64,000 nucleotides of DNA from Isoptericola halotolerans (GTDB lineage: Bacteria > Actinomycetota > Actinomycetes > Actinomycetales > Cellulomonadaceae). The notes below the pieces were generated by a model, which did not search any database, had not been told where the DNA came from, and saw nothing but the letters and a program-made list of their open reading frames with translations. The first letter of the stretch is position 1. Every line of letters begins with the position of its first letter. Both the position numbers and the translations under genes were made by a program. The stretch covers positions 806,001 to 870,000 of the forward strand of contig NZ_JABEZU010000002.1 of assembly GCF_013149785.1 (NCBI RefSeq). The letters run 5' to 3'. Positions 32,496 to 42,831 of this stretch are shown piece after piece.

Positions 32496-33965
32496 GTGCT
32501 GCAACGCATTCTCGGTGCCGTCCTGGTCGTCGCCGGCCTGGCCGCCATCGCGTTCGGGGTCGCGACCGCGACCGTCCTGCGCGAGTCGGACACGGTCGTC
32601 GCGACCGCTCGGCCCGTCGGTGACGGCACGGTGGTGGTCACCGACCCCGGGGTCCTCGACCTCGTCGACGCCGACGTCACGGTCACGGCCTCCGTCCCTG
32701 CGGGGCAGGAGGTCACGGTGGTCGTCGGTCGCGACGTCGACGTCCTCGGGTGGCTCGAGGGCGACCCCTACGCCCGGGTCACCGGGCTGGCCGACTGGGA
32801 GACGCTCACGACGTCGGCGGTGACGCCGGAGGAGGCCGAGGATCCCGAGGCCGAGCCCGCGGAGGGTGACGCCGAGGAGCCGCAGGACGTCGAGCTCCCG
32901 GACCCCGCCGGCTCGGACATGTGGATCACCGAGCTCACGGCGGCCGAGCAGGTCAGCCTGCGCTGGAACGACCGCCCGGGCCCGTGGGTGCTGCTCGCGG
33001 CCGGCACCGGTGCCGCCCCGGCCGACGAGGCGGACGAGGAGGCGGAGGAGGAAGGCACCGAGGCGTCCGACGCCGACGCGCAGACCGAGGCGTCCGACGC
33101 CGACGCCGTGGCTCCCACCCTGGAGCTCACGTGGGAGCGCGAGGTGAGCACGCCGCTGCTGTGGCCCGCGGTGGGGCTGGGAGGCCTCCTGCTGCTCCTG
33201 GGCATCGTGCTCGTCGTCGTCGGCGGGCGGCGGAAGAAGAGGTCGCGTCGGGGGAGCGCTGCTCCGGCTGCCGGCGCTGCGGCGGCCGCGGCCGGTGCGC
33301 CGTCGGCGTTGTCCGGCGACAGCCCGATCGCCCCCGACTCCCCGCTGTCCCCTGACTCGCCGGCGTCGCCCGCGTCGCCCCTCGGCTCGGCGGGCGGGGC
33401 ATCGCCCTGGGCCGCCCCGGGCGCCGAGCAGGCACGGCCCACGCCCGTGGAGGAGCCGGGCGGTGCGTGGGAGCCCGCCACGGCGACCCGGCCCGACCCC
33501 GTCGCGCCGGAGGACGAGGGTTCCGGGACCGCACCCGTGCCCGTCGCCGGGCGCTTCTCACGACGCTCCCGGCTGCGGCCGACGCGGTCGGCGCCCGAGG
33601 TGCCGCTGCACGACGAGGGCGGGTCGCCGGACGTCGTGGAGGAGCACCAGGACGATGCGCCGGCCACGACCACGGGCTCGATGCCCGCGCTCGCCGACGG
33701 CAGGCCCCTGACGCGGCGTGAGCTGCGCCGTCGCGAGGAGGAGCGCCGAGCCGGTGCGCAGTCCGGGATGAGCCGGGCGTTCCGTGCGCTCACCGGTCAG
33801 ACGCCGGTGGTCCCGCCCGCGGACGCGGCACCACCGGAGGTGGCCGACCCCCCCGCGGCCCCGGGCCGCCGGGCTGCTGCGTGGCGCGAGACCTGGGGTT
33901 TCGACGCCACGAGCACCGCGCAGGACGCCTCGCAGGACGAAACGACCGAAGGGGGGACCCGATGA
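32496..33965 (+). CDS. Hypothetical membrane protein with Pro/Ala-rich disordered tail
   Basis: N-terminal TM, acidic extracellular region, second TM followed by RRKKR, low-complexity tail; coupled to the next gene. Confidence 0.72.
   Translation: MLQRILGAVLVVAGLAAIAFGVATATVLRESDTVVATARPVGDGTVVVTDPGVLDLVDADVTVTASVPAGQEVTVVVGRDVDVLGWLEGDPYARVTGLADWETLTTSAVTPEEAEDPEAEPAEGDAEEPQDVELPDPAGSDMWITELTAAEQVSLRWNDRPGPWVLLAAGTGAAPADEADEEAEEEGTEASDADAQTEASDADAVAPTLELTWEREVSTPLLWPAVGLGGLLLLLGIVLVVVGGRRKKRSRRGSAAPAAGAAAAAAGAPSALSGDSPIAPDSPLSPDSPASPASPLGSAGGASPWAAPGAEQARPTPVEEPGGAWEPATATRPDPVAPEDEGSGTAPVPVAGRFSRRSRLRPTRSAPEVPLHDEGGSPDVVEEHQDDAPATTTGSMPALADGRPLTRRELRRREEERRAGAQSGMSRAFRALTGQTPVVPPADAAPPEVADPPAAPGRRAAAWRETWGFDATSTAQDASQDETTEGGTR
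33057..33106 (+). repeat. In-frame tandem duplication (27-bp period, TEASDADA x2)
   Basis: ACCGAGGCGTCCGACGCCGACGC at 33057 and 33084. Confidence 0.8.
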
Positions 33966-35050
33966 TCGCCCGCAGCACGCGCGCCACGCGTCGCGCCACC
34001 GCCGTCGCCGGCGTCGCGGCCACCGCAGCGCTTCTCGCCGGATGTGCCCAGGAGCTGCCGACCCCGTCGGCGGACGAGCCCTTCACCGGTCCGGTGCTGA
34101 CCCTGGACCAGGAGGTCGCGGTCGTGGAGGACGTCGCGGCCGTGCTGGAGGAGGCAGAGGCCGAGGCATCCCCGAAGCTGCTCCGCGAGCGGGTCGCCGG
34201 TCCCGCCTTCGAGGTCCGCCGGAGCCAGATCGAGGTCGCCGCAGAGCTCGACGACGACTCGTTCGTCACCCGGATCCCCACGGATCTCGCGGCGACGATC
34301 ATCCCGACGACCGAGACGTGGCCCCGGGTGTCCTACACGATCACCCAGCCCACCGAGAACCTCGAGGCTCACCGGATGGTGGCCTACCAGCAGGAGTCGG
34401 CGCGGGAGAACTACAAGCTGTGGCTGTGGGTCCAGCTCATCCCGGGGACCACGATGCCCAACTTCGCGGACCCCGAGGCGATCGGGTCGGAGGCGGTGGC
34501 CGCCGACGACGACTCGCTGGAGGTGACACCCGCCGAGGCTCTCGTCCAGTACGCGGACCTGGTCGCCCAGGGTGACGACTCGGACTACGCGGACGCCTTC
34601 GAGCTGCCCGAGGACAGCCAGGACCTCGTCAAGCGGGTGCAGGCCGACGCCCGCAACCTGCGGGGGTCCGAGGGCTTCGAGGAGGCCGACGGCCGGTACC
34701 GCCTGACCTACGCCGCGCGGGACGACGACCCCGTCGCCGTCCGCACCTCCGACGGCGGTGCCGTGGTCATGGGAGCCCTCGACGGCAACGTCCGGATCGA
34801 CGTCGAGGAGGACGGCTCGATCGCCCCGTTCACGCAGACGCAGACCGCCCTGATGGACGGTGACGACGAGACGAACGAGCTGTACGTCGAGTACACCGAC
34901 CAGGTGGCGCTCTACATCCCGCCCGCGGGGTCCGGCGAGCCGGTCCGCCCGCTCGGGTACTCCCACGACACGGTGACCGCCGCGAACGAGTTCCCCAGCG
35001 AGCGCAACACCGACCGTGAGGAGCCCGAGGAGTCGGAGGAGTCCGAGTGA
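33962..35050 (+). CDS. Hypothetical lipoprotein
   Basis: ATGA overlap; signal peptide with lipobox LAGC; acidic mature domain. Confidence 0.78.
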   Translation: MIARSTRATRRATAVAGVAATAALLAGCAQELPTPSADEPFTGPVLTLDQEVAVVEDVAAVLEEAEAEASPKLLRERVAGPAFEVRRSQIEVAAELDDDSFVTRIPTDLAATIIPTTETWPRVSYTITQPTENLEAHRMVAYQQESARENYKLWLWVQLIPGTTMPNFADPEAIGSEAVAADDDSLEVTPAEALVQYADLVAQGDDSDYADAFELPEDSQDLVKRVQADARNLRGSEGFEEADGRYRLTYAARDDDPVAVRTSDGGAVVMGALDGNVRIDVEEDGSIAPFTQTQTALMDGDDETNELYVEYTDQVALYIPPAGSGEPVRPLGYSHDTVTAANEFPSERNTDREEPEESEESE

Positions 35051-35107
35051 TCGGCGTGACGGCCGGAGGAGTCCCTCGCACCCGCCGGTCCTTCGTAGGA
35101 TGAGCGC

Positions 35108-36055
35108 ATGACCAACCCCGTGCCCGACCCGAGCTTCAGCCCGCGTGGCGCCGTCGACCTGTCGGCGCTGAACCGCCCGCAGTCCCCGCCGCCGGGAGAG
35201 CCGGGCGGCGCCCCCACCGCCGGTGGGTACGTCGTCGACCTCTCCGACGCGAACTTCCAGCAGGTCGTGCAGGACTCCACGAAGCACCTCGTGGTGGTCC
35301 TGCTGTGGAAGCCCACGGACCAGGCGAACGCCGACCTGGCCACCGCGCTGGGAGCGATCGCCGACGAGTACGCCGGCAGGTTCCTCCTCGGGCGGCTCGA
35401 CGTGGACGCCCACCCCCAGATCGCCGCGGCCTTCCAGCCCGAGGGCGTGCCGACCGTCGTCGCCGTCCTGCAGGGGCAGCCGGTGCCGCTCTTCGCGGGT
35501 GGCGCCTCGGACGAGCAGGTCCGTGGCGTCCTCGACCAGCTGCTCGCGGCCGCCGAGCAGAACGGTGTGACGGGCCGCGCCCCCGCCCAGGGCGGGTCGG
35601 CGCCGTCGGCCGACGAGCCGGTCGAGGAGCCCGAGGCGCCGCTGCCGCCCCTGCACCAGGAGGCGTACGACGCGATCGAGCGCGACGACCTCGAGGCGGC
35701 CGCGGCAGCGTACGACAAGGCCCTGAAGCAGGACCCCAAGGACGCACAGGCGACCGCCGGGCTCGCGCAGGTGGCCCTCATGCAGCGCACCCGCGGTGCG
35801 GACCTCCACCAGGTCCGCGCGGCGGCCGCGGACGCGCCGGCCGACGTCGACGCCCAGCTCGCCGTGGCCGACATGGACATGCTGGGCGGCAAGGTGGACG
35901 ATGCGTTCGCCCGCCTGCTCGAGATGCTCCCGTCGGCCGACGCCGACGCCAAGGAGAAGCTGCGGACGCGGCTCGTCGACTACTTCGAGGTCGTCGGGAC
36001 CGCCGACCCCCGGGTGGGCAAGGCCCGCCGTCACCTGGCGATGTACCTCTACTGA
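35108..36055 (+). CDS. Thioredoxin-like + TPR co-chaperone (YbbN/CnoX-like)
   Basis: RGAVDLSAL, Trx fold without CxxC (LDVDAHPQIAAAF, VPTV), helical C-terminus ending ARRHLAMYLY. Confidence 0.88.
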   Translation: MTNPVPDPSFSPRGAVDLSALNRPQSPPPGEPGGAPTAGGYVVDLSDANFQQVVQDSTKHLVVVLLWKPTDQANADLATALGAIADEYAGRFLLGRLDVDAHPQIAAAFQPEGVPTVVAVLQGQPVPLFAGGASDEQVRGVLDQLLAAAEQNGVTGRAPAQGGSAPSADEPVEEPEAPLPPLHQEAYDAIERDDLEAAAAAYDKALKQDPKDAQATAGLAQVALMQRTRGADLHQVRAAAADAPADVDAQLAVADMDMLGGKVDDAFARLLEMLPSADADAKEKLRTRLVDYFEVVGTADPRVGKARRHLAMYLY

Positions 36056-36061
36056 CCGCCA

Positions 36062-36099
36062 CCGGCGCGGGCGTGGGCGAGCGCCCGCGCCCGCGCCGG
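36062..36099. terminator. Hairpin between convergent ybbN-like and glgB genes
   Basis: Near-perfect GC-rich inverted repeat filling the 46-bp gap. Confidence 0.65.
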
Positions 36100-36101
36100 C
36101 G

Positions 36102-38321
36102 TCACGCCGGGCGCAGGACGAGGCCGCCGAGCGGCGGCACCCGCAGCGCCACGGAGCGCTCCCGGCCATGCCATCGCACGTCCTCGGCGTGCAGCGTGCC
36201 GGTGTTGACCACCCCCGAGCCGCCGTAGTCGAGGGCGTCGGAGCTGAAGGCCTCGACCCAGGAGCCGCCGTCGGGCAGGCCGATGCGGTAGCCCTCGTGC
36301 GGACTCCCGGCGAAGTTGACCACGACGACGACGGGTGAGCCGTCGGCCGCGCGCCGGACGTACGCGAGGACGTTGGCCGCGGCGTCGTCCGCCTCGATCC
36401 ACTCGAAGCCGGAACCGTCGAAGTCCCGCTGCCACAGGGCGGGAGTGGACCGGTACAGGGCGTTGAGGTCGCGCACCGCCCGCTGGACGCCGGCGTGCGC
36501 GGGGTCGTCCAGGTGCCACCAGTCGAGCCCCCGGCTCTCGTCCCACTCCGCCTCCTGGGCGAGCTCGGAGCCCATGAAGAGCAGCTGCTTGCCCGGGTGG
36601 GTCCACTGGTAGGTGAGGAAGGCGCGCACGCCCGCGAGCTGCTGCCAACGGTCGCCGGGCATCTTGCGCAGCAGGGAGCCCTTGCCGTGCACGACCTCGT
36701 CGTGGCTGATCGGCAGCACGTACTGCTCCGAGAAGGCGTAGACGAGCGAGAAGGTGAGCTCGCCGTGGTGGTGGCTGCGGTACATCGGGTCCTTGGCCAT
36801 GTACCGCAGGGAGTCGTTCATCCAGCCCATGTTCCACTTCAGGCCGAACCCGAGCCCACCGGTGTCGGTGGGCCGGGTGACGCCCGGGAACGCCGTGGAC
36901 TCCTCGGCGATCATCATGACGCCGGGGCTGCGGCGGTAGGCGGTGGCGTTGGCCTCCTGCAGGAACGAGATCGCCTCGAGGTTCTCGCGCCCGCCGTGGA
37001 CGTTGGGGGTCCACTCGCCGTCGTCGCGCGAGTAGTCGAGGTAGAGCATGGAGGCGACCGCGTCCACGCGCAGCCCGTCGGCGTGGAACTCCTCGAACCA
37101 GTAGGTCGCGTTCGCCACGAGGAAGTTGCGCACCTCGCGTCGGCCGAAGTCGAACACCAGCGTGCCCCAGTCGGGCTGCTCGCCGCGGCGGGGGTCGGCG
37201 TGCTCGTACAGCGGGGAGCCGTCGAACCGTGCGAGCGCGAACTCGTCGCGGGGGAAGTGGGCGGGCACCCAGTCGAGGATCACCCCGATGCCCGCCTGGT
37301 GCAGCCGGTCGACCAGGTACCGGAAGTCGTCGGGGGAGCCCAGGCGGGCGGTCGGCGCGTAGTAGCCGGTGACCTGGTAGCCCCACGAACCCCCGAACGG
37401 GTGCTCCGCGACCGGCATGAGCTCGACGTGCGTGAAGCCCTGCTCGACGACGTAGGCCGTCAGCTCCTCGGCGAGCTCGCGATAGCTCAGACCGGGACGC
37501 CACGAGGCCAGGTGCACCTCGTAGACGCTGATCGGTCCGTCGTGCGGGTCCGACGACGCCCGGCGGGCCATCCAGTCCTCGTCGGACCACACGTGCTCGG
37601 AGCGGGCGACGACGGAGGCGGTCGCCGGGGGTGTCTCGCTCGCCTTCGCCATCGGGTCGGCCTTGGCGCGCCAGGTGCCGTCCGGGCCGCACACCTCGTA
37701 CTTGTAGCGTGTGCCGGCGCCCACGCCCGGCACGAAGATCTCCCACACGCCGCTGGACCCCAGGGACCGCATGGGGTGCACCGCCGTCCAGCGGTTGTGG
37801 TCGCCCACGAGCCGCACGCCGCGGGCGTTGGGGGCCCAGACGGCGAACGCCGTGCCGTCGACGTCGCCCAGCGCGCTCGGGTAGGTGCGGTGGTTGGCAC
37901 CCAGGACCTGCCAGAGCGTCTCGTGGCGCCCCTCGCCGATCAGGTGCAGGTCCATCTCGCCCAGGGAGGGCAGGAACCGGTACGGGTCGTCGACCGTCGC
38001 CGTGTGGTCGCCGTACCGGGACCTGACCCGGTAGTCGGGTGCGTGGCGCGTGCCGTCGTCGTCCTGGGCGACGGGCACGACCGCGGACCACACGCCGGCG
38101 GCGTCGTGCCGGGCGACGTGCTCGGTCGGGGGCGAGCCGTCGGGGCCGGCGAGGACGAGCACGACCTCGTCGGCCAGGGGTCTCAACGTCCTGACGACGG
38201 CGAACGCCCCCTGGGCCGGTCCGAGCAGGTGCGGTCCGAGCACGGCGTGCGGGTCGTGGGTGGTGCCCTGCGCGACGGCGGTGAGGACCTCGGGATCGAC
38301 GGCTGGCGGCTCGGGTGTCAT
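36102..38321 (-). CDS. glgB: 1,4-alpha-glucan branching enzyme
   Basis: [63 protein letters not shown]. Confidence 0.97.
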   Translation of the reverse strand: MTPEPPAVDPEVLTAVAQGTTHDPHAVLGPHLLGPAQGAFAVVRTLRPLADEVVLVLAGPDGSPPTEHVARHDAAGVWSAVVPVAQDDDGTRHAPDYRVRSRYGDHTATVDDPYRFLPSLGEMDLHLIGEGRHETLWQVLGANHRTYPSALGDVDGTAFAVWAPNARGVRLVGDHNRWTAVHPMRSLGSSGVWEIFVPGVGAGTRYKYEVCGPDGTWRAKADPMAKASETPPATASVVARSEHVWSDEDWMARRASSDPHDGPISVYEVHLASWRPGLSYRELAEELTAYVVEQGFTHVELMPVAEHPFGGSWGYQVTGYYAPTARLGSPDDFRYLVDRLHQAGIGVILDWVPAHFPRDEFALARFDGSPLYEHADPRRGEQPDWGTLVFDFGRREVRNFLVANATYWFEEFHADGLRVDAVASMLYLDYSRDDGEWTPNVHGGRENLEAISFLQEANATAYRRSPGVMMIAEESTAFPGVTRPTDTGGLGFGLKWNMGWMNDSLRYMAKDPMYRSHHHGELTFSLVYAFSEQYVLPISHDEVVHGKGSLLRKMPGDRWQQLAGVRAFLTYQWTHPGKQLLFMGSELAQEAEWDESRGLDWWHLDDPAHAGVQRAVRDLNALYRSTPALWQRDFDGSGFEWIEADDAAANVLAYVRRAADGSPVVVVVNFAGSPHEGYRIGLPDGGSWVEAFSSDALDYGGSGVVNTGTLHAEDVRWHGRERSVALRVPPLGGLVLRPA

Positions 38322-38437
38322 GAGGTCCACCCTTCCACCGCCGCCGCCAGTTGTCAGGACCAGCGCGCGACCGTCCTCGGCCCGCTCCGCCCCGGCCGGG
38401 GTGAGGACGTACGATCCTGGGCGAGGAGAGGTGAGGA

Positions 38438-39460
38438 ATGGCCCGCATCACGATCGCCGACATCGCCGACCGCGCCGGCGTGTCGACGGGAGCCGTGTCG
38501 TACGCGCTGAACGACCGGCCGGGGGTGTCCGCGGCGACCCGTGAGCGGATCCTGGCGATCGCCGCCGAGATGGGCTGGCAACCGAGCCAGGCGGCCCGCT
38601 CGTTGTCCGGGGCGAAGGCCGAGACGGTCGGGCTGATCCTCGCCCGTGCACCGGAGACGCTGGGGTTCGAGTCGTTCTACATGCAGTTCGTCGCGGGCAT
38701 CGAGCAGGTGCTCTCCGAGCGCTCGTACGGGCTGCTCCTGCAGGTCGTCCCCGACGTCGCGGCGGAGATCGCCGCGCACCGGCGCTGGCGTGCCGCCCGG
38801 CGCGTCGACGGCGTGGTCGTGGTCGACCCCCGCCAGGACGACCCGCGGCTGCCGCTCCTGAACGGCCCCGACGCGCTGCCCGCCGTCGTCGTGGGGGACC
38901 CGGCGCTGGCCGGCGGGGTCACGGCCGTCTGGACGGACGACGGCTCGGCGCTGCGCGAGTGCGTGCGCTATCTCGACGGGCTGGGTCACCGGCGGATCGG
39001 CCGGGTCACGGGCACCGAGGAGTTCGGGCACACGCACATCCGTGACCTGGCGTTCTTCGACGAGTCGAGGGCTCGGGGCCTGGAGCCGAGGGTGGCACGC
39101 GCTGACTTCACTCCGGAGGCGGGGGCTGCGGCCACGCGCACGCTGCTGACCTCGCCCGACCCCGTGACGGCCGTGGTCTTCGACAACGACGTGATGGCGC
39201 TGGCCGGTCTGGGCGTGGCCCACGGGCTGGGGATCCGGGTGCCGCAGGAGCTGTCGCTCGTCGCCTGGGACGACTCCCCGCTGTGCGAGGCCGCCTTCCC
39301 GCAGCTCACGGCGCTGAGCCACGACGTGACCCGCTACGGCGCGCACGTCGCGCGGCGGCTGTTCGACCGCATGGAGGGCGCGCCGTACGGCAGCTTCCTG
39401 GACGCGACCCCGGAGCTGCGGGTCCGTGGCTCGACCGGCCCCGCGCCGTCGGCCGCCTGA
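38438..39460 (+). CDS. LacI-family transcriptional regulator
   Basis: [41 protein letters not shown]. Confidence 0.95.
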   Translation: MARITIADIADRAGVSTGAVSYALNDRPGVSAATRERILAIAAEMGWQPSQAARSLSGAKAETVGLILARAPETLGFESFYMQFVAGIEQVLSERSYGLLLQVVPDVAAEIAAHRRWRAARRVDGVVVVDPRQDDPRLPLLNGPDALPAVVVGDPALAGGVTAVWTDDGSALRECVRYLDGLGHRRIGRVTGTEEFGHTHIRDLAFFDESRARGLEPRVARADFTPEAGAAATRTLLTSPDPVTAVVFDNDVMALAGLGVAHGLGIRVPQELSLVAWDDSPLCEAAFPQLTALSHDVTRYGAHVARRLFDRMEGAPYGSFLDATPELRVRGSTGPAPSAA

Positions 39461-39502
39461 TCGCCGCAGGATCACAGATCGGCAACGCCGGTGCCGGAGT
39501 GG

Positions 39503-39532
39503 TTGACCGCCGACTACTTAACCGCTTAATGT
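39503..39532 (+). promoter_or_regulatory. Promoter (TTGACC-N18-TAATGT) overlapped by LacI-type operator TTAACCGCTTAA
   Basis: AT-rich quasi-palindrome with central CG at 39518-39529, between the LacI and SBP genes. Confidence 0.65.
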
Positions 39533-39575
39533 GCGTGACGACACCCCGTCAACGACGACTGGAATCGAGCGCGAC

Positions 39576-40889
39576 ATGGCAACGAAGCACAGGATCACCG
39601 GCGTGGCGGCCACCGCGGCCGCCGCGCTCGCACTGACCGCATGCGGCGGCGACGCCGAGCCGGGCCAGGCGGCCGACGACGGCGAGCCCGCGGGCGAGAT
39701 CACCGTCATCACCCAGCGGACCGACATCGTGGACACCGTCTTCCAGGACTACAAGGCGCAGTTCGAGGAGCTGTACCCCGACGTCACCGTCACCTTCGAG
39801 GCGCTCACCGACTACGAGGGCGAGATCGCCGTCCGCATGAACACCGCCGACTACGGCGACGTCCTGCTCATCCCGACCAGCGTCACGAAGGACCAGTACG
39901 CGACCTTCTTCGAGCCGCTCGGCGGCGTGGACGAGCTCGGCGAGACGTACCGGCTCGTGGAGGAGGCGGCGTACGAGGACGAGGTCTACGGCGTCTCCAT
40001 CACCGTCAACACCCAGGGCCTGGTCTACAACAAGAAGGTCTGGGAGTCCGCAGGGATCACCGACCTGCCCACCACGCCGGACGAGTTCCTCGACGACCTG
40101 CAGGCCGTCGCCGACCACACCGACGCGGTCCCGTACTACACCAACTACGCCGACGGCTGGCCCCTGAGCCAGTGGGACGGCAACCGCGGCGCCATGGGCG
40201 ACCCCGAGTACCAGAACACCCACGTCGCCCACAGCGACACCCCCTGGGCCGACGACCAGTGGCACGGCATCTCGGACGGCCTGCTCTACGACGTCGTCGC
40301 GGCAGGCCTCAGCGAGAACGACCCGACCACCACCAACTGGGAGGAGTCCAAGACGCTCCTGGGGTCGGGCCAGGTCGCCACCATGCTCCTCGGCTCGTGG
40401 GCCATCACCCAGATGCAGCAGGCTGCCGAGGACGCCGGCGGCTCGGCGGACGACATCGGCTACATGCCGTTCCCGCACCAGGTCGACGGCACGTTCCACG
40501 CCCAGGTCGCCGGGGACTACAAGAACGCGATCAACGTCAACTCGGACAACAAGGCCGCGGCGCGCGCCTGGATCGACTGGTTCGCGGCCGAGTCGGGCTA
40601 CGCCTACGACGAGGGCGGCATCTCCCCGCTCCTCGACGGCCCCACCCCGGAGACGCTGGGTGACTTCGACGCCGCCGAGGTGGAGTACGTCGAGATGACC
40701 CCTGCCCCGGCGGGCCAGGAGGCCTACGAGACCGACGTCGTCAACGCCGCCGAGATCGACCTCTACGGGAACATCTACCGACAGAAGCTCGTCGACATCG
40801 CCCGCGGCGCCGCCGACGGTGACAAGGAGTCGTACTTCGCCGACCTGAACCAGCGCTGGGCGGACGCCCGCGCGACCGTCGGCGAGTGA
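39576..40889 (+). CDS. Sugar ABC transporter substrate-binding lipoprotein
   Basis: Lipobox LTAC; LVYNKKVW, MLLGSWA, IGYMPFP. Confidence 0.93.
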   Translation: MATKHRITGVAATAAAALALTACGGDAEPGQAADDGEPAGEITVITQRTDIVDTVFQDYKAQFEELYPDVTVTFEALTDYEGEIAVRMNTADYGDVLLIPTSVTKDQYATFFEPLGGVDELGETYRLVEEAAYEDEVYGVSITVNTQGLVYNKKVWESAGITDLPTTPDEFLDDLQAVADHTDAVPYYTNYADGWPLSQWDGNRGAMGDPEYQNTHVAHSDTPWADDQWHGISDGLLYDVVAAGLSENDPTTTNWEESKTLLGSGQVATMLLGSWAITQMQQAAEDAGGSADDIGYMPFPHQVDGTFHAQVAGDYKNAINVNSDNKAAARAWIDWFAAESGYAYDEGGISPLLDGPTPETLGDFDAAEVEYVEMTPAPAGQEAYETDVVNAAEIDLYGNIYRQKLVDIARGAADGDKESYFADLNQRWADARATVGE

Positions 40890-40895
40890 CCCGGC

Positions 40896-40929
40896 TCCCC
40901 GGGGCGGCGGGAAGTCGCCGCCCCGGGGA
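40896..40929 (+). terminator. Intercistronic stem-loop after the SBP gene
   Basis: 14-bp perfect stem TCCCCGGGGCGGCG / CGCCGCCCCGGGGA. Confidence 0.6.
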
Positions 40930-40951
40930 CATCACCGAGAGGAGGGCCGCC

Positions 40952-41899
40952 ATGTCGACGGTCTCGTCCCCGGTCCGTGGGGCAGCAGCACGCGCCACGG
41001 CCACCCCACCACCGGCACCCCCGCGGCGCGGTCCGGGACGTGGCTGGAGGGTCACCCCGTGGCTCTTCCTCGTCGCTCCCCTCGGGCTGCTGGTGCTCTT
41101 CACCTACGTCCCCGTGGCCAACATGGTCTGGTACAGCTTCACGAGCTGGGACGGCATGGCACCGGTGAAGGAGCCGGTCGGGCTGGACAACTACACCCGG
41201 ATCTTCACCGACCCGGACATGTTCAGCGTCTTCCTCGTGAGCCTGTACTACCTGGCGGGGGCGTTCCTCCAGCTGGCGCTCGCGCTCTACTTCGCCACGA
41301 TCCTCAGCTTCCGCACGCGGGTCCGGAACTTCTTCAAGGGGATCATCTTCTTCCCCTACCTGATCAACGGCGTGGCGATCGGTCTGGTCTTCCTGTTCTT
41401 CCTGCGGCCGGGAGGGACCCTGGACGCCCTGCTCGCCCTCGTCGGGGTGGCCGAACCGCCCCAGTGGCTGGGCAACCCCGACCTGGCGAACATCTCGCTG
41501 GCGTCGACCAGCGTGTGGCGCTACATGGGCCTGAACTTCGTGCTGTTCCTCGGGGCGATCCAGTCGATACCGAACGAGCTCTACGAGGCGGCCGACCTCG
41601 ACGGTGCCACGAGCTGGCAGAAGTTCCGGTTCATCATCGCCCCGGGCATCAAGCAGGTCATCGGCCTGACCACGATCCTGGCGATCTCCGGTTCTCTCGC
41701 CGTGTTCGAGATCCCCTGGATCATGACCGGCGGCGCCAACGGCACGACGACGTTCGTCATCCAGACCGTGCAGCAGGCCTTCGAGTTCAAGAAGTTCGGC
41801 CTCGCCTCGGCCATGGCCGTGGTGCTGCTGCTGATCGTGCTGCTGGTCACCTGGATCCAGCGCCGGATCTTCCCCGACGAGAAGGTGGACCTGACGTGA
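40952..41899 (+). CDS. Carbohydrate ABC transporter permease
   Basis: RBS GAGGAGG; LYEAADLDGA; TM segments. Confidence 0.93.
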   Translation: MSTVSSPVRGAAARATATPPPAPPRRGPGRGWRVTPWLFLVAPLGLLVLFTYVPVANMVWYSFTSWDGMAPVKEPVGLDNYTRIFTDPDMFSVFLVSLYYLAGAFLQLALALYFATILSFRTRVRNFFKGIIFFPYLINGVAIGLVFLFFLRPGGTLDALLALVGVAEPPQWLGNPDLANISLASTSVWRYMGLNFVLFLGAIQSIPNELYEAADLDGATSWQKFRFIIAPGIKQVIGLTTILAISGSLAVFEIPWIMTGGANGTTTFVIQTVQQAFEFKKFGLASAMAVVLLLIVLLVTWIQRRIFPDEKVDLT

Positions 41900-42831
41900 C
41901 CGCCGTCCAGAACCCCCCTCGGGCAGAGGGACGTCCCGCCCCGACGCCGGGGCCCTTCGAGGGAGCGTGGCTCCGGCTGCGCCGCGGCGTGCGGCAGCTC
42001 CACCCGCTGCTCGGACCGGTGGCCATCACCGCGAAGTACGCCAGCCTGGTGGTCGCCTGTGCCGCCGCGCTCATCCCGCTGACGACGGTGTTCATGGCCG
42101 CCTTCAAGACCAAGGAGGAGTTCGCCACCTCCGACCCGCTGACCCCGCCGGAGAGCTGGACGAACCTCGACAACTTCGTGACGGCCTTCATCCAGGGCGG
42201 CATGGTGCGAGGGTTCCTCAACACCTCGATCATCCTCGTCGTGGCGCTCGTCGGGACCATCATCATCGGGACGATGACGGCCTACGCCGTGGACCGGTTC
42301 GACTTCCGCGGACGCCGGCTGGTCATGGGTGCGTTCCTGCTGGCCACCCTGGTCCCCGCGGTCACGACGCAGGTCGCCACGTTCCAGATCGTCAACGGTC
42401 TGGGCCTGTTCAACACCCGCTGGGCAGCCATCGTGCTGTTCACCGGGACCGACATCATCTCGATCTACATCTTCCTGCAGTTCATGCGGGGCATCTCGCG
42501 ATCTCTCGACGAGGCGGCGATGCTCGACGGGGCAAACCGTCTGACGATCTACGCCCGGATCATCTTCCCGCTGCTACGACCCGCCATCGCGACCGTCGTC
42601 ATCGTCAAGGGCATCGCGATCTACAACGAGTACTACATCCCGTTCCTGTACATGCCCTCGCGGGACCTCGGTGTCGTCTCCACCTCCTTGTTCCGGTTCA
42701 TGGGGCCGTTCGGGGCGCAGTGGGAGGTCATCTCGGCCGGTGCGGTGCTCGTGATCGTCCCCACCCTCGTCGCCTTCCTGCTGCTGCAGCGCCAGATCTA
42801 CAGCGGCCTGACCTCCGGAGCCACCAAGTGA
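41896..42831 (+). CDS. Carbohydrate ABC transporter permease
   Basis: GTGA overlap; LDEAAMLDGA; TM segments. Confidence 0.92.
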   Translation: MTAVQNPPRAEGRPAPTPGPFEGAWLRLRRGVRQLHPLLGPVAITAKYASLVVACAAALIPLTTVFMAAFKTKEEFATSDPLTPPESWTNLDNFVTAFIQGGMVRGFLNTSIILVVALVGTIIIGTMTAYAVDRFDFRGRRLVMGAFLLATLVPAVTTQVATFQIVNGLGLFNTRWAAIVLFTGTDIISIYIFLQFMRGISRSLDEAAMLDGANRLTIYARIIFPLLRPAIATVVIVKGIAIYNEYYIPFLYMPSRDLGVVSTSLFRFMGPFGAQWEVISAGAVLVIVPTLVAFLLLQRQIYSGLTSGATK

